From Planctomycetota bacterium (GTDB lineage: Bacteria; Planctomycetota; UBA8742; UBA2392): DNA of 64,000 nt. Below are positions 1-9,518 of this stretch, one piece after another. Location: the NCBI GenBank assembly GCA_019636215.1, contig JAHBXZ010000005.1, forward strand, positions 129,159 through 193,158, given 5' to 3'. The notes below the pieces were generated by a model. That model ran no database searches, was not told the DNA's origin, and worked only from the letters and a program-made list of their open reading frames with translations. The translations under genes were made by a program, and so were the position numbers. How positions within the stretch are numbered: position 1 is the first letter of the stretch; each line of letters begins with the position of its first letter.

Positions 1-234
1 GCCCCCAAGCCCGTGGAAGTGCGCGAGATCAACGAAGGCTACCCGGAGGCCCTGATCTGGTCCGAAATCGCCACCGGCATGGACCTGGAGGACTTTCACC
101 AGGAGGACGGGGCCAGTGTGCGCTACGGCGTAATCAACCTGGCCGCCGAGTCAGAAGCCGCCCTGCTGGCCCGTTGCGAGGAGATCGTGACCCGGCTGGG
201 TTACGAGTTCACGCCCCTGGAGCCCGGAGCGTAA
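1..234 (+). CDS. C-terminal fragment of a hypothetical protein whose gene begins upstream of the window
   Basis: Frame 1 is open from base 1 to TAA at 232-234. I recognise no family. Confidence 0.35.
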   Translation, partial: APKPVEVREINEGYPEALIWSEIATGMDLEDFHQEDGASVRYGVINLAAESEAALLARCEEIVTRLGYEFTPLEPGA

Positions 235-265
235 GCGACGGGGCACTGCGCGGGCATCCCAGCGC

Positions 266-1264
266 CTATGCTTGGGGGCCCGGGTTCCGCTTCCTGCAGT
301 ACCCCTGTTCGGCAAACCACTCGGCCTGCCGTTTCAGGGCTTCCTTCACGGGCTTGAATTCCATGCCCAGGTGCTCGCGCGAACGGGTGGTGTCGTAGTT
401 GAACGTGTGCAGCGGATAGCGCGCCACGGCCGCCAGCCGGTTGAGAAACTGCGGCAGCAGGTAGGTGCCATAGATCGCCAGCTTCAGCGTAAAGGCCGGG
501 AACGTGGGCCGCCAGGGCGCGCCTGCGACCTCACTCAGCAGCCGCCGCACGTCGCTCAGCTTGAGTGTTTCGCCGATGCTCAGGTACCGCTCGCCGGGCC
601 GGCCTTTCTCCATCGCCAGCCGGTGGTGCCTTCCGCAGTCGTCTACATCCACAAAGGCCACTGGCACGGGCACCAGCGCCGGGTACCGGCCGCGCAGCAT
701 GTCCAGCACCATGCCGCCCGTTGGCGTGGGGCGCACATCGCCGGGGCCCACCGGCGCGCCGGGGTTGACAATCACGACCGGCAGGCCGCGCGCGCCAAAT
801 CGCAGGGCCTCATGTTCGGCGATGAACTTGCTGGTGATGTAGGGGTTGTTCAGCGGCCCGAAGTTCCAGACGTGGTCTTCGTTGATCGGCCCCTCGCCTT
901 TGCCCGCGCCCACGGCGGCGTTGGTGCTGGTGTAAACCACGCGGTCGATCTTCGCGCGCAGGCAGGCCGCCAGCATGTTGCGGGTGCCAACGACATTGGA
1001 TTGCAGGTACTTCTCGTAACCGCCGCTCAGGGCATACAGCGCCGCGCAGTGATACACGCGATCCACGCCCACCAGCGCCGCATCCAGGCTCGCGGGCTGG
1101 GTCAGGTCTCCCTGCACCTGCTCGACATCCAGGCCTTGCAGGTTGGTCTGGGGCGAACTGGCCCGGCGCAGCACGCGCACCCGCTCGCCGGCACGCAGCA
1201 GTTCGCGCACAATGGCCGACCCGACAAAACCTGTCCCGCCCGTCACCAGTGCCAGCTTGCCCAT
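266..1264 (-). CDS. NAD-dependent epimerase/dehydratase family protein (extended SDR, HpnA / dihydroflavonol-reductase-like)
   Basis: N-terminal Rossmann motif MGKLALVTGGTGFVGSAIV. The longest ORF runs to 1339, but a start at 1262-1264 fits the family length of about 330 aa. Confidence 0.7.
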   Translation of the reverse strand: MGKLALVTGGTGFVGSAIVRELLRAGERVRVLRRASSPQTNLQGLDVEQVQGDLTQPASLDAALVGVDRVYHCAALYALSGGYEKYLQSNVVGTRNMLAACLRAKIDRVVYTSTNAAVGAGKGEGPINEDHVWNFGPLNNPYITSKFIAEHEALRFGARGLPVVIVNPGAPVGPGDVRPTPTGGMVLDMLRGRYPALVPVPVAFVDVDDCGRHHRLAMEKGRPGERYLSIGETLKLSDVRRLLSEVAGAPWRPTFPAFTLKLAIYGTYLLPQFLNRLAAVARYPLHTFNYDTTRSREHLGMEFKPVKEALKRQAEWFAEQGYCRKRNPGPQA

Positions 1265-1340
1265 GCCACTCTTGTAGCCTGCCGCAAATGTTGAGGGGAG
1301 GCCTCGCGGCCTCCCCTTTATTCCCGGTTGCGTTATCAAG

Positions 1341-4300
1341 CTATCGGGCGCGACGCACCCTCATGACCACGGCCAGTGCTGCCATCAGGGCCAGCAGCGC
1401 CAGCCAGTGTGTGGTGCCGGACTCCGCCGCGCAGCCACCACCGCCGCCGCCACCGCCACCGCCGCCGCCGGACGACGGGGCGTTGATCACGATGGAAACA
1501 ACCGTGTCTTCAAACACCGGGTTGGCCGACGAATCCGTGACACGAACCGTGAAGCTGAACGGGCCGTCCACGGTAGGAGTACCGCTGACTGTGCCGATCG
1601 GGCTCAACGTCATGCCCAGTGGAGTCGCCCCGCCCACAACCGCAAAGGTATAGGGCCCGACACCGCCGCTGACGTTCAGGTTGACTGCCGTGTACGCAAA
1701 CCCGCGCAGTCCCGGCGGCAGTGTCGCGTTGGTAATGACCGGCAGGCCCGCAGCCGGGGCGGACACAATGATCGAGAACAACTGGCTCGAGCTTGCGTTC
1801 AGCGAATCCGTGCCGGTAACCGTAAAGTTGAACGTGCCCGGCGCCGCCGCAACCACGCCGCTTACCACGCCGGCCGTGCTCATGGTCAGGCCGTTGGGCA
1901 AGGTGCCCGAGGTAACCGCCAGGGTCACCGCGCCGGTGCCGCCCGCGGTGACAATCGTGGCGCCGGGGTAGGTAGTGTTCTGGGTGGCACCGGTGAGTGT
2001 GCTGCCGGTGGTGAAGGACACGGCCGGGGCAACTGCGATGGAAATGCGGATGTCCACGTCATTGGTGCCATCGGTGATCGTGACTTCCCAGACCTGAGTG
2101 CCGGCGTCGGCGGCTACAAGGGTTCCGTTGGGGAACACCTCCAGCATCGCACCCGCAACCACGGCGAAGCTGAAGCCGACGCCGGTGGAAGGCCCGCTGA
2201 TCAGGGTCGGGCTGCCGGTCAGGGCCACGGTCTGGCTGGTGTTCGGGTCACTGACTGCCGCAATGTCGCGGCTGATGGACATGCCCAGGCCGACGGTGTA
2301 GGCCGTGAGGTACGGGGTGGCCACAGAGCCGTCGCCGCTGATACCGGTGGCCGGCGCGTGAACCGGCGGGACATCGCCGATCACAATGATCACATCCACC
2401 GTGATCGGGTTGCCGGTGCCGGAATCTTCAAAGGTCACCTGCCAGATGTAGCTGCCGACAGGGTTGGTTGCATCGGCCACGCCGGTCCAGCTGAGTGTCA
2501 GCGGCTGGCCCGGTGTCGGGATCGTCGGCGCGGTGATGCCCGTGGGGACAACCGCCGGCGGGACTATCGCCGTTACCGTGATGGTGTCGCCTTCGGGGTC
2601 TGTCAGGTCAATGTCCGCGTTGGCCAGTGTGGCGCCCGGAACAACCGACTGCGTGAACGGCCCGTTCACGCCGCCGGTGAACGACGACCCGGTTGGCGCC
2701 GTGGCCTCGGCCTCGCCGTTGGGCACGTAACCTGTGCCCGAGGCAAAGAAGGTGTAGGTGCCCTCGTTGAAGTCATTGTTGAGGATAGTGATGGTGAAGG
2801 TGAATCCGCCGAGCTGTGGCGCGACATTGACCGTGAAGGTCGTGCTGTTGCCCTGCGTAACGGTGTTGCCGGGCTGGGCAGTGACATTCACCGTGGGTGC
2901 ACCCGAACCAGGCGTGACGGAAATCGGCGTGGTGATGGTCAGGTCGCCGGGGCCGGTGTTGAGAATTGTCCAGGTGAAGTTCATGCCCGTGGTGGGCACG
3001 TTGCCAAGCGCATCGGTGGTGCCGACGGCGATGCTGACGCCGGTGGTGCGTTCGACGTCGATCTCAGGCTGGGGCACGGCCGCGCGCTCATCGGCACCGG
3101 AATCGCGCTCGGCGCCGATCGGGCGGGTCTGGCCGTCAATGTCAATGTTGACGGTCGAGCCAACCGCCAGGTCAATCGCAGGCGAAATGCCCTGCAGGTG
3201 CAGGTCTTCACTGCCGCTTGTGGTGCTGACCAACAACGGGTCGGTGTTCAGGCCGTTGACGTCACGGCCCGATGCCTGCCACTCGGTCCAGGTATCAAAG
3301 TTTGTGTTGTTGCACATGACGGCAGCGCCCGCCAGGTACACGACGTTGCGGTCGACCGTCGTGGGCAGCGCCGTGCCGGTGGCGCTTTCCAGGCGATAGA
3401 AGGGTATTGCGCTGGAACTGGCGAGGTACACGACATTGAACGAGATGTTGGATATGGGGTTTGTATCGCCGTTAGTGTTGAACACGGCCCCGGTGGCCTG
3501 CCCGTTGGTGTGCACGATGCTGTTATGCTGGATCACAACGTTGCTGCCCGGCCGGCGCACGGCGATGACTCCTTTGATGCCACCAAAGAAGACTGTGGCG
3601 CCGCCGTCGCCGCCGCAGTTCCAAATCATGTTGTTGCGGATGGCCAGATTGTTCGGCCCGTTGCCGCTGCTCAATCCGTACGTCGCAATGGCCGCACCCA
3701 GGGCGATGTCATAAATCTTGCAGCCCTGGATCGTGACGTTCGAGGTGGCCACATTGTTGTAGAAGGCGATTCCGAAGTGCTGCCCGCCCGTAATAGTGAG
3801 ACCTGAAATGGTGACGTTACCCATGTGCGAGAAGCTCAAGGTGCCGGTTCCGGCGTTAGTGTAACCCTCGCCAGCGCCTGAACCGTTGATGACCGGGATC
3901 TCGCCCGATGCGGCCCGAATCGTGATCGTGTTGACTGCGCTGACACCGGGCACGTCGTCAACGACGGTCCCGTCTCCGCCAAGCTGATAGGAGGCCGTCG
4001 AGGTGAACGGGCCGCCGTCGTCGTACAGCTCAATGATCACCGGGCCGGTGACGCCCACGGTCTCCAGGGCGTCAAACACCGCGCCAAGGTCACCGAAGTC
4101 AAATGCGCCACCCGGGTTGCCGTTGGCCACTGTGTAGGTGCCGTTGAAGGGCGGCTCGGCGATGTTGAAGGTCACCGTAAAGTTGCCCGGCGTGTTGACG
4201 CCATCCGACACAACCACCGTGTAGCTGAAGCTGCCCGAAGACGTCGGTGTGCCGGTCCAGGTCAGGTTGTGCGGAACCGCCACGCCGCTCTGTGTGGCCG

Positions 4301-7300
4301 GGGCAGTCACACCCGGCACCGGCGAAACCGGCGTTACGGTGATGTCCACCGTGCCACCCGAAGCGTCATTGGCAACCAGCACCGCGTTGGCCAATGCTGT
4401 GCCGCGCAGGCCCGAGTAAACCCGCGACGCATTGAAGCCCGAACCCGTGCCCGGAACCAGCGTAGGCGCCGGGTTGGTTGCCGTGATGGTGACTGTGAAG
4501 TTGGCAGTGTTGGTGCCGTCAAACAACGAAACCGTGTAGGTGAAACTGCCAGAGGCACTGGGCGTGCCTGTCCAGGACAGGTTGGCCGGAACAGCAACAC
4601 CAGTCTGGCTGGAAGGCGCCGTCACACCGGGGGCCGGATTAGTCGGGGTGATGGTGATGTTGATGGTCGAGTCGTTGATGTCATTGGCCACCAGTACCGC
4701 GTTGGAAAGGGCAACGCCCTCAACGGCGGTGTACACGCGGCTGGCGTTGAAGCCCGAGCCCGTGGCCGGAACCAGCGTCGGCGCGGGGTTGGAGATATTG
4801 AAGGTCACTATGAAGCTGGGGCTGCTCACGCCGTCGCTGACCACCACCGTATAGGTGAAGCTGCCCACCGCGGACGGCGTACCCGTCCAGGTCAGGTTGT
4901 GCGGCACGGCGATACTGCCCTGGCTGGACGGTGCCGTAACGCCGGGCACCGGGTTGGTCGGGGTAACGGTGATGCTGACGTTCGGGTCGTTCACGTCATT
5001 GGCCGTCAGCAACGCGTTGGCCAAGGCCACACCCATCATGCCGGTGTAGACGCGCGAGGCGTTGAACGCCGAGCCTGTGCCCGGCACCAGCGTGGGCGCA
5101 GGGTTGGTCACGTTGATCGTGACGGCGAAGTTCGGGCTGTTGATGCCGTCACTCAAGGTGACGTCGTAAGTGAATGTGCCAACCGACGTCGGCGTACCTG
5201 TCCAGGCCAGGTTGGCCGGTACCGCCGCCGAACCCTGACTTGCCGGTGCCGTGACACCTGGGGCGGGGCTGATCGGCACCACGGTGATGGAGATGTTGGG
5301 GTTGTTCGAATCCCCGGCAACCAATGTGGCCGTCGTAATGGCTACGTTCAACGGCAGGGAAATCACGCGGCTGGCGTTGAAACCCGATCCCGTGGCCGGC
5401 ACCAGCGTAGGCGCCGGGTTCAGCAGGCTGATGGCAACGCCATTGACCGGGAACGTACCCTCAATCGGGCCGGGGTTGGCCGTTACATCGCCAGAGGCCG
5501 CCACCTGGAAGCGAACCGTGCCCAGCGACGCGCTGGCCGCGATCTGCGCTGTCAGGAAGAACCGCGCACCCTGGTTCTGCGCGGTGAACTGCCCCAGCGG
5601 AGCGCCACTGAAGGTAACCGTACCGCCGGAAAGCGCGCCCACGGTGCTGCCAAGCTGGGTGTCGGCGCCGTCGAACTGGCCGTTGCCGTTGCTGTCCAGC
5701 CACAGTTTCAGGTTGCCGTACGACGAGTTGCCCGTGGTGCCGATGTGCGTGAGCGTCACGCTGTTGACGGCCTGGATGGACTGCACCGACATCGCGTCAA
5801 AGGTGCTGACCCACTGGTCGGTGCTCAGGGCGCTGGTCACGTTGGCCGGGCCGGCGCTGCTGGCCGCCAGGTATAGACCTACGCTCCAGTTGGCCTCGTG
5901 CGCACCGATGTCCACCGACGAGCCCTGGGGACGGGTGGTGCCGAAGAAGTCAATCGTGGCCGAAGATGTCTGCACCGCCGGGTCGATGCATGGCGAAGAC
6001 GGGGCCAGACGCAGGTCAAACGGCGCCGCGGTGCTCAGCAGCTGCGGGTTGGCGTTGCTGCCGTTGACGTCCAGGCCCAGGCCCTGCCATGTAGAGAACG
6101 GGGTGCGGGTGGCCTGGTTGCAGTGCGTGGCCGCAAACCAATAGTTGAAGTTGGCCGTCGTCGGCGTGGAAACCGTAGAGTTCAGGAAGATAGCCGGGAT
6201 TGCGGCGCTGGTGCAGACCACAATGTTGTTGCTGACGTCATGCAGCGCATAGGTTGTGCTGCTGGAGTACGCATAGATGCCGCCGGTGCCGGTCAGTGTG
6301 CTGGTGTGTACCACGGTGTTGTGCCGCACCACGCTGCTGCCCTGCGCGGCGTTGCGAATCGTGATCGCGCCGTTGGTCAGCGTCTGAAGCTGTGGCGAGG
6401 TCGCGATGCCCGCCGTCAGGCAGTTGTAGACAAAGTTGTGCTCGACCAGGAAGTTCGTGGCGTAGCCGCTGTTCAGGCCCATGTGGGCAATGCCGGGGCC
6501 GTTGGGAATGTCGTACACCTTGCAGCGACGGATGGTGATGTTGGTGGTGTTCAGCAGGATCGGCGAAATGTTGTTGCCCTGGGCCATGATGCCGAAGTGC
6601 GGGCCGCCGTACACTTCCAGCCCTTCGACGGTCACATAGGACTGATTGATGACCAGGCCGCCACGGCCGGTCTGGGCCGTCGTGGTGGCAGAAGGTGCCA
6701 GGATGGCGCCGTTGGCGTTGCCCTGGATCTTGGGGTTCTGGCCGGTGGCCGCGCGCAGGGTGATCGTGTTGGTGGCGGAAGCGCCGGCCACGGGGGTGAT
6801 GGCCGGAATCGGCACGGCACTGGAAATGCCCAGGCTGTACGACGGGTCGGAAACGTAGGTCGCGCTGTCCGTGATCTCCAGGACAACCGGGCCGGCCACG
6901 CCGGCTGTTTCCAGAGCGTCAAAGGCCGCGCCGATCGACGCAAAGTCGCCCGACGTCTGGTTGATGGTATAGGTGCCGGACATGGCGCGTGCGCCGGTGA
7001 TCGTCACCAGGTACGGGTTCTCGTTGCCGGTCGTGTCGCTGTTGGCAATGGCCACCGTCACACTGAATGGCCCGGTGCCGGGGATCGTGATATCGACCGT
7101 GAACGTCGCGTTCGAAAGCGGCGCCACCGGCGAAGCCGGGGTCAAAGATCCATAAGAAACGCTGCAGTTCGTCGGAGTTCCCTGGGTGGAAATGCCCGTT
7201 ACGTCCAGCGCATTGGCGTTCCCGAGGTTCTGAACTTCCAGTGTAACCTGAGTGGTTGCGCTGACCTGCCCCACCGAAGTGGTGCTGCCTGACATCACGG

Positions 7301-7988
7301 TAACACCGGCGCGGCGAACGTTGATTTCAGGCCCCGGAATCGGCCCTTCCAGCAGAATGTTGTCAACATACCAGTTATCTATCCCTGCCGTGCTTGCATC
7401 CGACTGAACGACAAACGCAATCTGGCAATTGGGGCTGCCCAGCATCGACGCAAGGGCGGTGCTGATGTCTATGACCGGTGACGAGAACGCAAGTGCCGCC
7501 CCGTTGTCACCTTCCTGGAAAGCCCTGGTCCATGACGTTCCGCCGTTTGAAGTCAGCCAGACTTCAAACCAGTGGTCGCCGACCACGTTGAAACCGTCAT
7601 TGCCAAGGTCAAACTTCAGCGTAGTGCCGGTCGATGCGCCCGTCATGTCGATCACAGGGCTGACCAGTGCGATGGAATAGTTTGTAACCGAAGGCGTCCA
7701 GTTGAACCGGGCAGCCCGTGTCTGCCATGTGGATGGCGAACCTGTAGGCACGGCTTCAATCGTCCAGGTCTTTGTGGCTACCGTTACGGCGCCAACCCGA
7801 GCCGGAGTGAACTGCGGGTTCCAGGTCCACGTTCCGCTGCTGAGTCCCGTTGCCGACTGCCAATTCTGAGGAATGGTCGAGACACCCTCGAAACTCTCAG
7901 ACAGGTACTGCGCCACAAGTCCTTGCGAAAACATGGCGGCAATGGTCAACAGCAACGAGGACAGGCCGATCTTCATTTTCTTCTCCAT
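1341..7988 (-). CDS. Giant secreted cell-surface protein of about 2,215 aa: signal peptide, right-handed beta-helix regions, five tandem ~100-aa Ig-like repeats, He_PIG-like putative Ig domains, and a poly-Gly-Cys-TM-Arg C-terminal sorting tail
   Basis: Signal peptide MKIGLSSLLLTIAAMFSQGLVAQ. The NPAPTLVPxTGSxFNASRV repeat occurs five times. Beta-helix-like NN/asparagine ladders are present. The C-terminus is GGGGGGGGGGGGCAAESGTTHWLALLALMAALAVVMRVRRAR. The start was chosen at MEKKMKIGL with GGAG upstream; the longest ORF runs to 8051. Confidence 0.7.
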   Translation of the reverse strand: MEKKMKIGLSSLLLTIAAMFSQGLVAQYLSESFEGVSTIPQNWQSATGLSSGTWTWNPQFTPARVGAVTVATKTWTIEAVPTGSPSTWQTRAARFNWTPSVTNYSIALVSPVIDMTGASTGTTLKFDLGNDGFNVVGDHWFEVWLTSNGGTSWTRAFQEGDNGAALAFSSPVIDISTALASMLGSPNCQIAFVVQSDASTAGIDNWYVDNILLEGPIPGPEINVRRAGVTVMSGSTTSVGQVSATTQVTLEVQNLGNANALDVTGISTQGTPTNCSVSYGSLTPASPVAPLSNATFTVDITIPGTGPFSVTVAIANSDTTGNENPYLVTITGARAMSGTYTINQTSGDFASIGAAFDALETAGVAGPVVLEITDSATYVSDPSYSLGISSAVPIPAITPVAGASATNTITLRAATGQNPKIQGNANGAILAPSATTTAQTGRGGLVINQSYVTVEGLEVYGGPHFGIMAQGNNISPILLNTTNITIRRCKVYDIPNGPGIAHMGLNSGYATNFLVEHNFVYNCLTAGIATSPQLQTLTNGAITIRNAAQGSSVVRHNTVVHTSTLTGTGGIYAYSSSTTYALHDVSNNIVVCTSAAIPAIFLNSTVSTPTTANFNYWFAATHCNQATRTPFSTWQGLGLDVNGSNANPQLLSTAAPFDLRLAPSSPCIDPAVQTSSATIDFFGTTRPQGSSVDIGAHEANWSVGLYLAASSAGPANVTSALSTDQWVSTFDAMSVQSIQAVNSVTLTHIGTTGNSSYGNLKLWLDSNGNGQFDGADTQLGSTVGALSGGTVTFSGAPLGQFTAQNQGARFFLTAQIAASASLGTVRFQVAASGDVTANPGPIEGTFPVNGVAISLLNPAPTLVPATGSGFNASRVISLPLNVAITTATLVAGDSNNPNISITVVPISPAPGVTAPASQGSAAVPANLAWTGTPTSVGTFTYDVTLSDGINSPNFAVTINVTNPAPTLVPGTGSAFNASRVYTGMMGVALANALLTANDVNDPNVSITVTPTNPVPGVTAPSSQGSIAVPHNLTWTGTPSAVGSFTYTVVVSDGVSSPSFIVTFNISNPAPTLVPATGSGFNASRVYTAVEGVALSNAVLVANDINDSTINITITPTNPAPGVTAPSSQTGVAVPANLSWTGTPSASGSFTYTVSLFDGTNTANFTVTITATNPAPTLVPGTGSGFNASRVYSGLRGTALANAVLVANDASGGTVDITVTPVSPVPGVTAPATQSGVAVPHNLTWTGTPTSSGSFSYTVVVSDGVNTPGNFTVTFNIAEPPFNGTYTVANGNPGGAFDFGDLGAVFDALETVGVTGPVIIELYDDGGPFTSTASYQLGGDGTVVDDVPGVSAVNTITIRAASGEIPVINGSGAGEGYTNAGTGTLSFSHMGNVTISGLTITGGQHFGIAFYNNVATSNVTIQGCKIYDIALGAAIATYGLSSGNGPNNLAIRNNMIWNCGGDGGATVFFGGIKGVIAVRRPGSNVVIQHNSIVHTNGQATGAVFNTNGDTNPISNISFNVVYLASSSAIPFYRLESATGTALPTTVDRNVVYLAGAAVMCNNTNFDTWTEWQASGRDVNGLNTDPLLVSTTSGSEDLHLQGISPAIDLAVGSTVNIDIDGQTRPIGAERDSGADERAAVPQPEIDVERTTGVSIAVGTTDALGNVPTTGMNFTWTILNTGPGDLTITTPISVTPGSGAPTVNVTAQPGNTVTQGNSTTFTVNVAPQLGGFTFTITILNNDFNEGTYTFFASGTGYVPNGEAEATAPTGSSFTGGVNGPFTQSVVPGATLANADIDLTDPEGDTITVTAIVPPAVVPTGITAPTIPTPGQPLTLSWTGVADATNPVGSYIWQVTFEDSGTGNPITVDVIIVIGDVPPVHAPATGISGDGSVATPYLTAYTVGLGMSISRDIAAVSDPNTSQTVALTGSPTLISGPSTGVGFSFAVVAGAMLEVFPNGTLVAADAGTQVWEVTITDGTNDVDIRISIAVAPAVSFTTGSTLTGATQNTTYPGATIVTAGGTGAVTLAVTSGTLPNGLTMSTAGVVSGVVAAAPGTFNFTVTGTDSLNASSSQLFSIIVSAPAAGLPVITNATLPPGLRGFAYTAVNLNVSGGVGPYTFAVVGGATPLGMTLSPIGTVSGTPTVDGPFSFTVRVTDSSANPVFEDTVVSIVINAPSSGGGGGGGGGGGGCAAESGTTHWLALLALMAALAVVMRVRRAR
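1435..1470. repeat. (GGY)n / (CCR)n triplet repeat encoding the poly-Gly run of the giant protein
   Basis: ccaccaccgccgccgccaccgccaccgccgccgccg. Similar runs occur at 41388-41410 and 42652-42686. Confidence 0.8.
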
Positions 7989-8275
7989 AGTTCCCAGCGC
8001 GAGTCGATTCGCCAAGCTTGTCACACTCCAACAGCTGACATGTGCACGCACTCACCGAACGATTGGTGACCCATTGCGCATCCCGTGCCAGAACCGAAAA
8101 TCGCACACGACTGCTGCATGCCACGCAACACGCTTTGGCAAGCGGGTTTGCGGGAACACCGGTTTGTGCGATTGCACAGTAGTTACGAAACGCCACGCGG
8201 GCTGATCGATCTTGATTGATGTTGATGCGTTGCCACTTCCGTGACGGCATCGAATGCACAAGCTAAGCTGTCGCC

Positions 8276-9475
8276 ATGCCCGACCCCAACGAGCCCGAGT
8301 TCAAATCTGTCGAAGAAAAAACGCTGCTCGAGATCGGGTCAGACAGCCAGGCCCAGCACCTCAAGCCCGGGCCCACCATCCCGCCCGGAGCCAAGCGCCT
8401 TGGGCAGGTGGCATTGCTGGCAGAACTTGGCACCGGCGGCATGGGCAAGGTCTTCAAGGGCCATCACCTGGGGCTCGACAAACCTGTGGCCGTGAAAGTC
8501 ATGGGGCACCAACTGGCCGGCGATTCCATGGCCAAGGCGCGATTTCTGCGCGAGGCCCGCACCGCCGCCAAGCTGGATCACAGCGGCATCGTGCGCGTCC
8601 TGGACGTGAACGAAGAAGGCGGCGTTCCCTACATCGTAATGGAGTACATTGAAGGAACCGACTTGGCGGCGTTGTTGAAACAGCACGGAGCGCTGGATGG
8701 CATGGCAACCCTGCGTGCCGTTGCGCAGGTGGCAGACGGCCTTGCCAACGCCCACGCCGAAGGGATCGTCCACCGCGACATCAAGCCGCACAACATTTTT
8801 GCCGCGAAGGACGGCCGCGTGAAACTGGGCGATTTCGGGCTGGCCCGCGCGGTCGAGCAAGTCACCGAACTGACCATGCCTGGCGCGGCCATCGGCACGG
8901 CCTACTACATGAGCCCGGAACAGGCGCAGGGCAAAGACGTTGACCAGCGTTCGGACATCTACAGCCTGGGCGTCACGGCCTGGCACCTGTTGACTGGCCA
9001 GACGCCATACACCGGCACCACTCCCGTCAGCATCGCCGTGCAGCACGTGAACAACGACATCCCCTACGAGCGCGAAAGGTTCGGGCACCTGCCCGACCCT
9101 GTGGTCTACCTGCTGATCAGCATGACTGCCCGCGACCCGGCGCGCCGGCCCACGGCCCAGGCCGTGCACGACCAGCTGGTGCAGATTCTGGCCCAGGCCA
9201 CCGGCAACGGCAGCCCGCGCCTGAACTCGCTGGACGACCTGCTTCAGCACGGCAAGGCCAGCCAGTTTGTGCAAAGGCCCCAGACCCTGACCATGCCTCT
9301 TGCGCCGCCGCCGCACATGGGTACGCCCGCGCCGCAGGCGTTGCCGCCGGTGTTCCCGCACAACTTCGCGCCGCCGCAGAAATCCGGCAACAACCTGCTG
9401 TGGATCGCGATTGCGCTGCTGGTGTTCTTTGTGCTGCTGTTTGCCGGCTGCATGGCCGTTGTGCTTGGCGGCTGA
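8276..9475 (+). CDS. Serine/threonine protein kinase with a C-terminal transmembrane anchor
   Basis: Motifs GTGGMGKVFKG...VAVK, HRDIKPHNIF, DFGLAR and SPEQ. C-terminal hydrophobic helix LLWIAIALLVFFVLLFAGCMAVVLGG. Confidence 0.85.
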   Translation: MPDPNEPEFKSVEEKTLLEIGSDSQAQHLKPGPTIPPGAKRLGQVALLAELGTGGMGKVFKGHHLGLDKPVAVKVMGHQLAGDSMAKARFLREARTAAKLDHSGIVRVLDVNEEGGVPYIVMEYIEGTDLAALLKQHGALDGMATLRAVAQVADGLANAHAEGIVHRDIKPHNIFAAKDGRVKLGDFGLARAVEQVTELTMPGAAIGTAYYMSPEQAQGKDVDQRSDIYSLGVTAWHLLTGQTPYTGTTPVSIAVQHVNNDIPYERERFGHLPDPVVYLLISMTARDPARRPTAQAVHDQLVQILAQATGNGSPRLNSLDDLLQHGKASQFVQRPQTLTMPLAPPPHMGTPAPQALPPVFPHNFAPPQKSGNNLLWIAIALLVFFVLLFAGCMAVVLGG

Positions 9476-9518
9476 TTGCAAGGTTGTGCCGGGCTGATGC
9501 CACCGCTAGATTGCCGCC

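Noticed and set aside
1249-1653. ORF encoding a PPPPPPPPPPPP run
   Set aside because: It is the antisense reading of the (GGY)n poly-Gly codon run of the giant surface protein.
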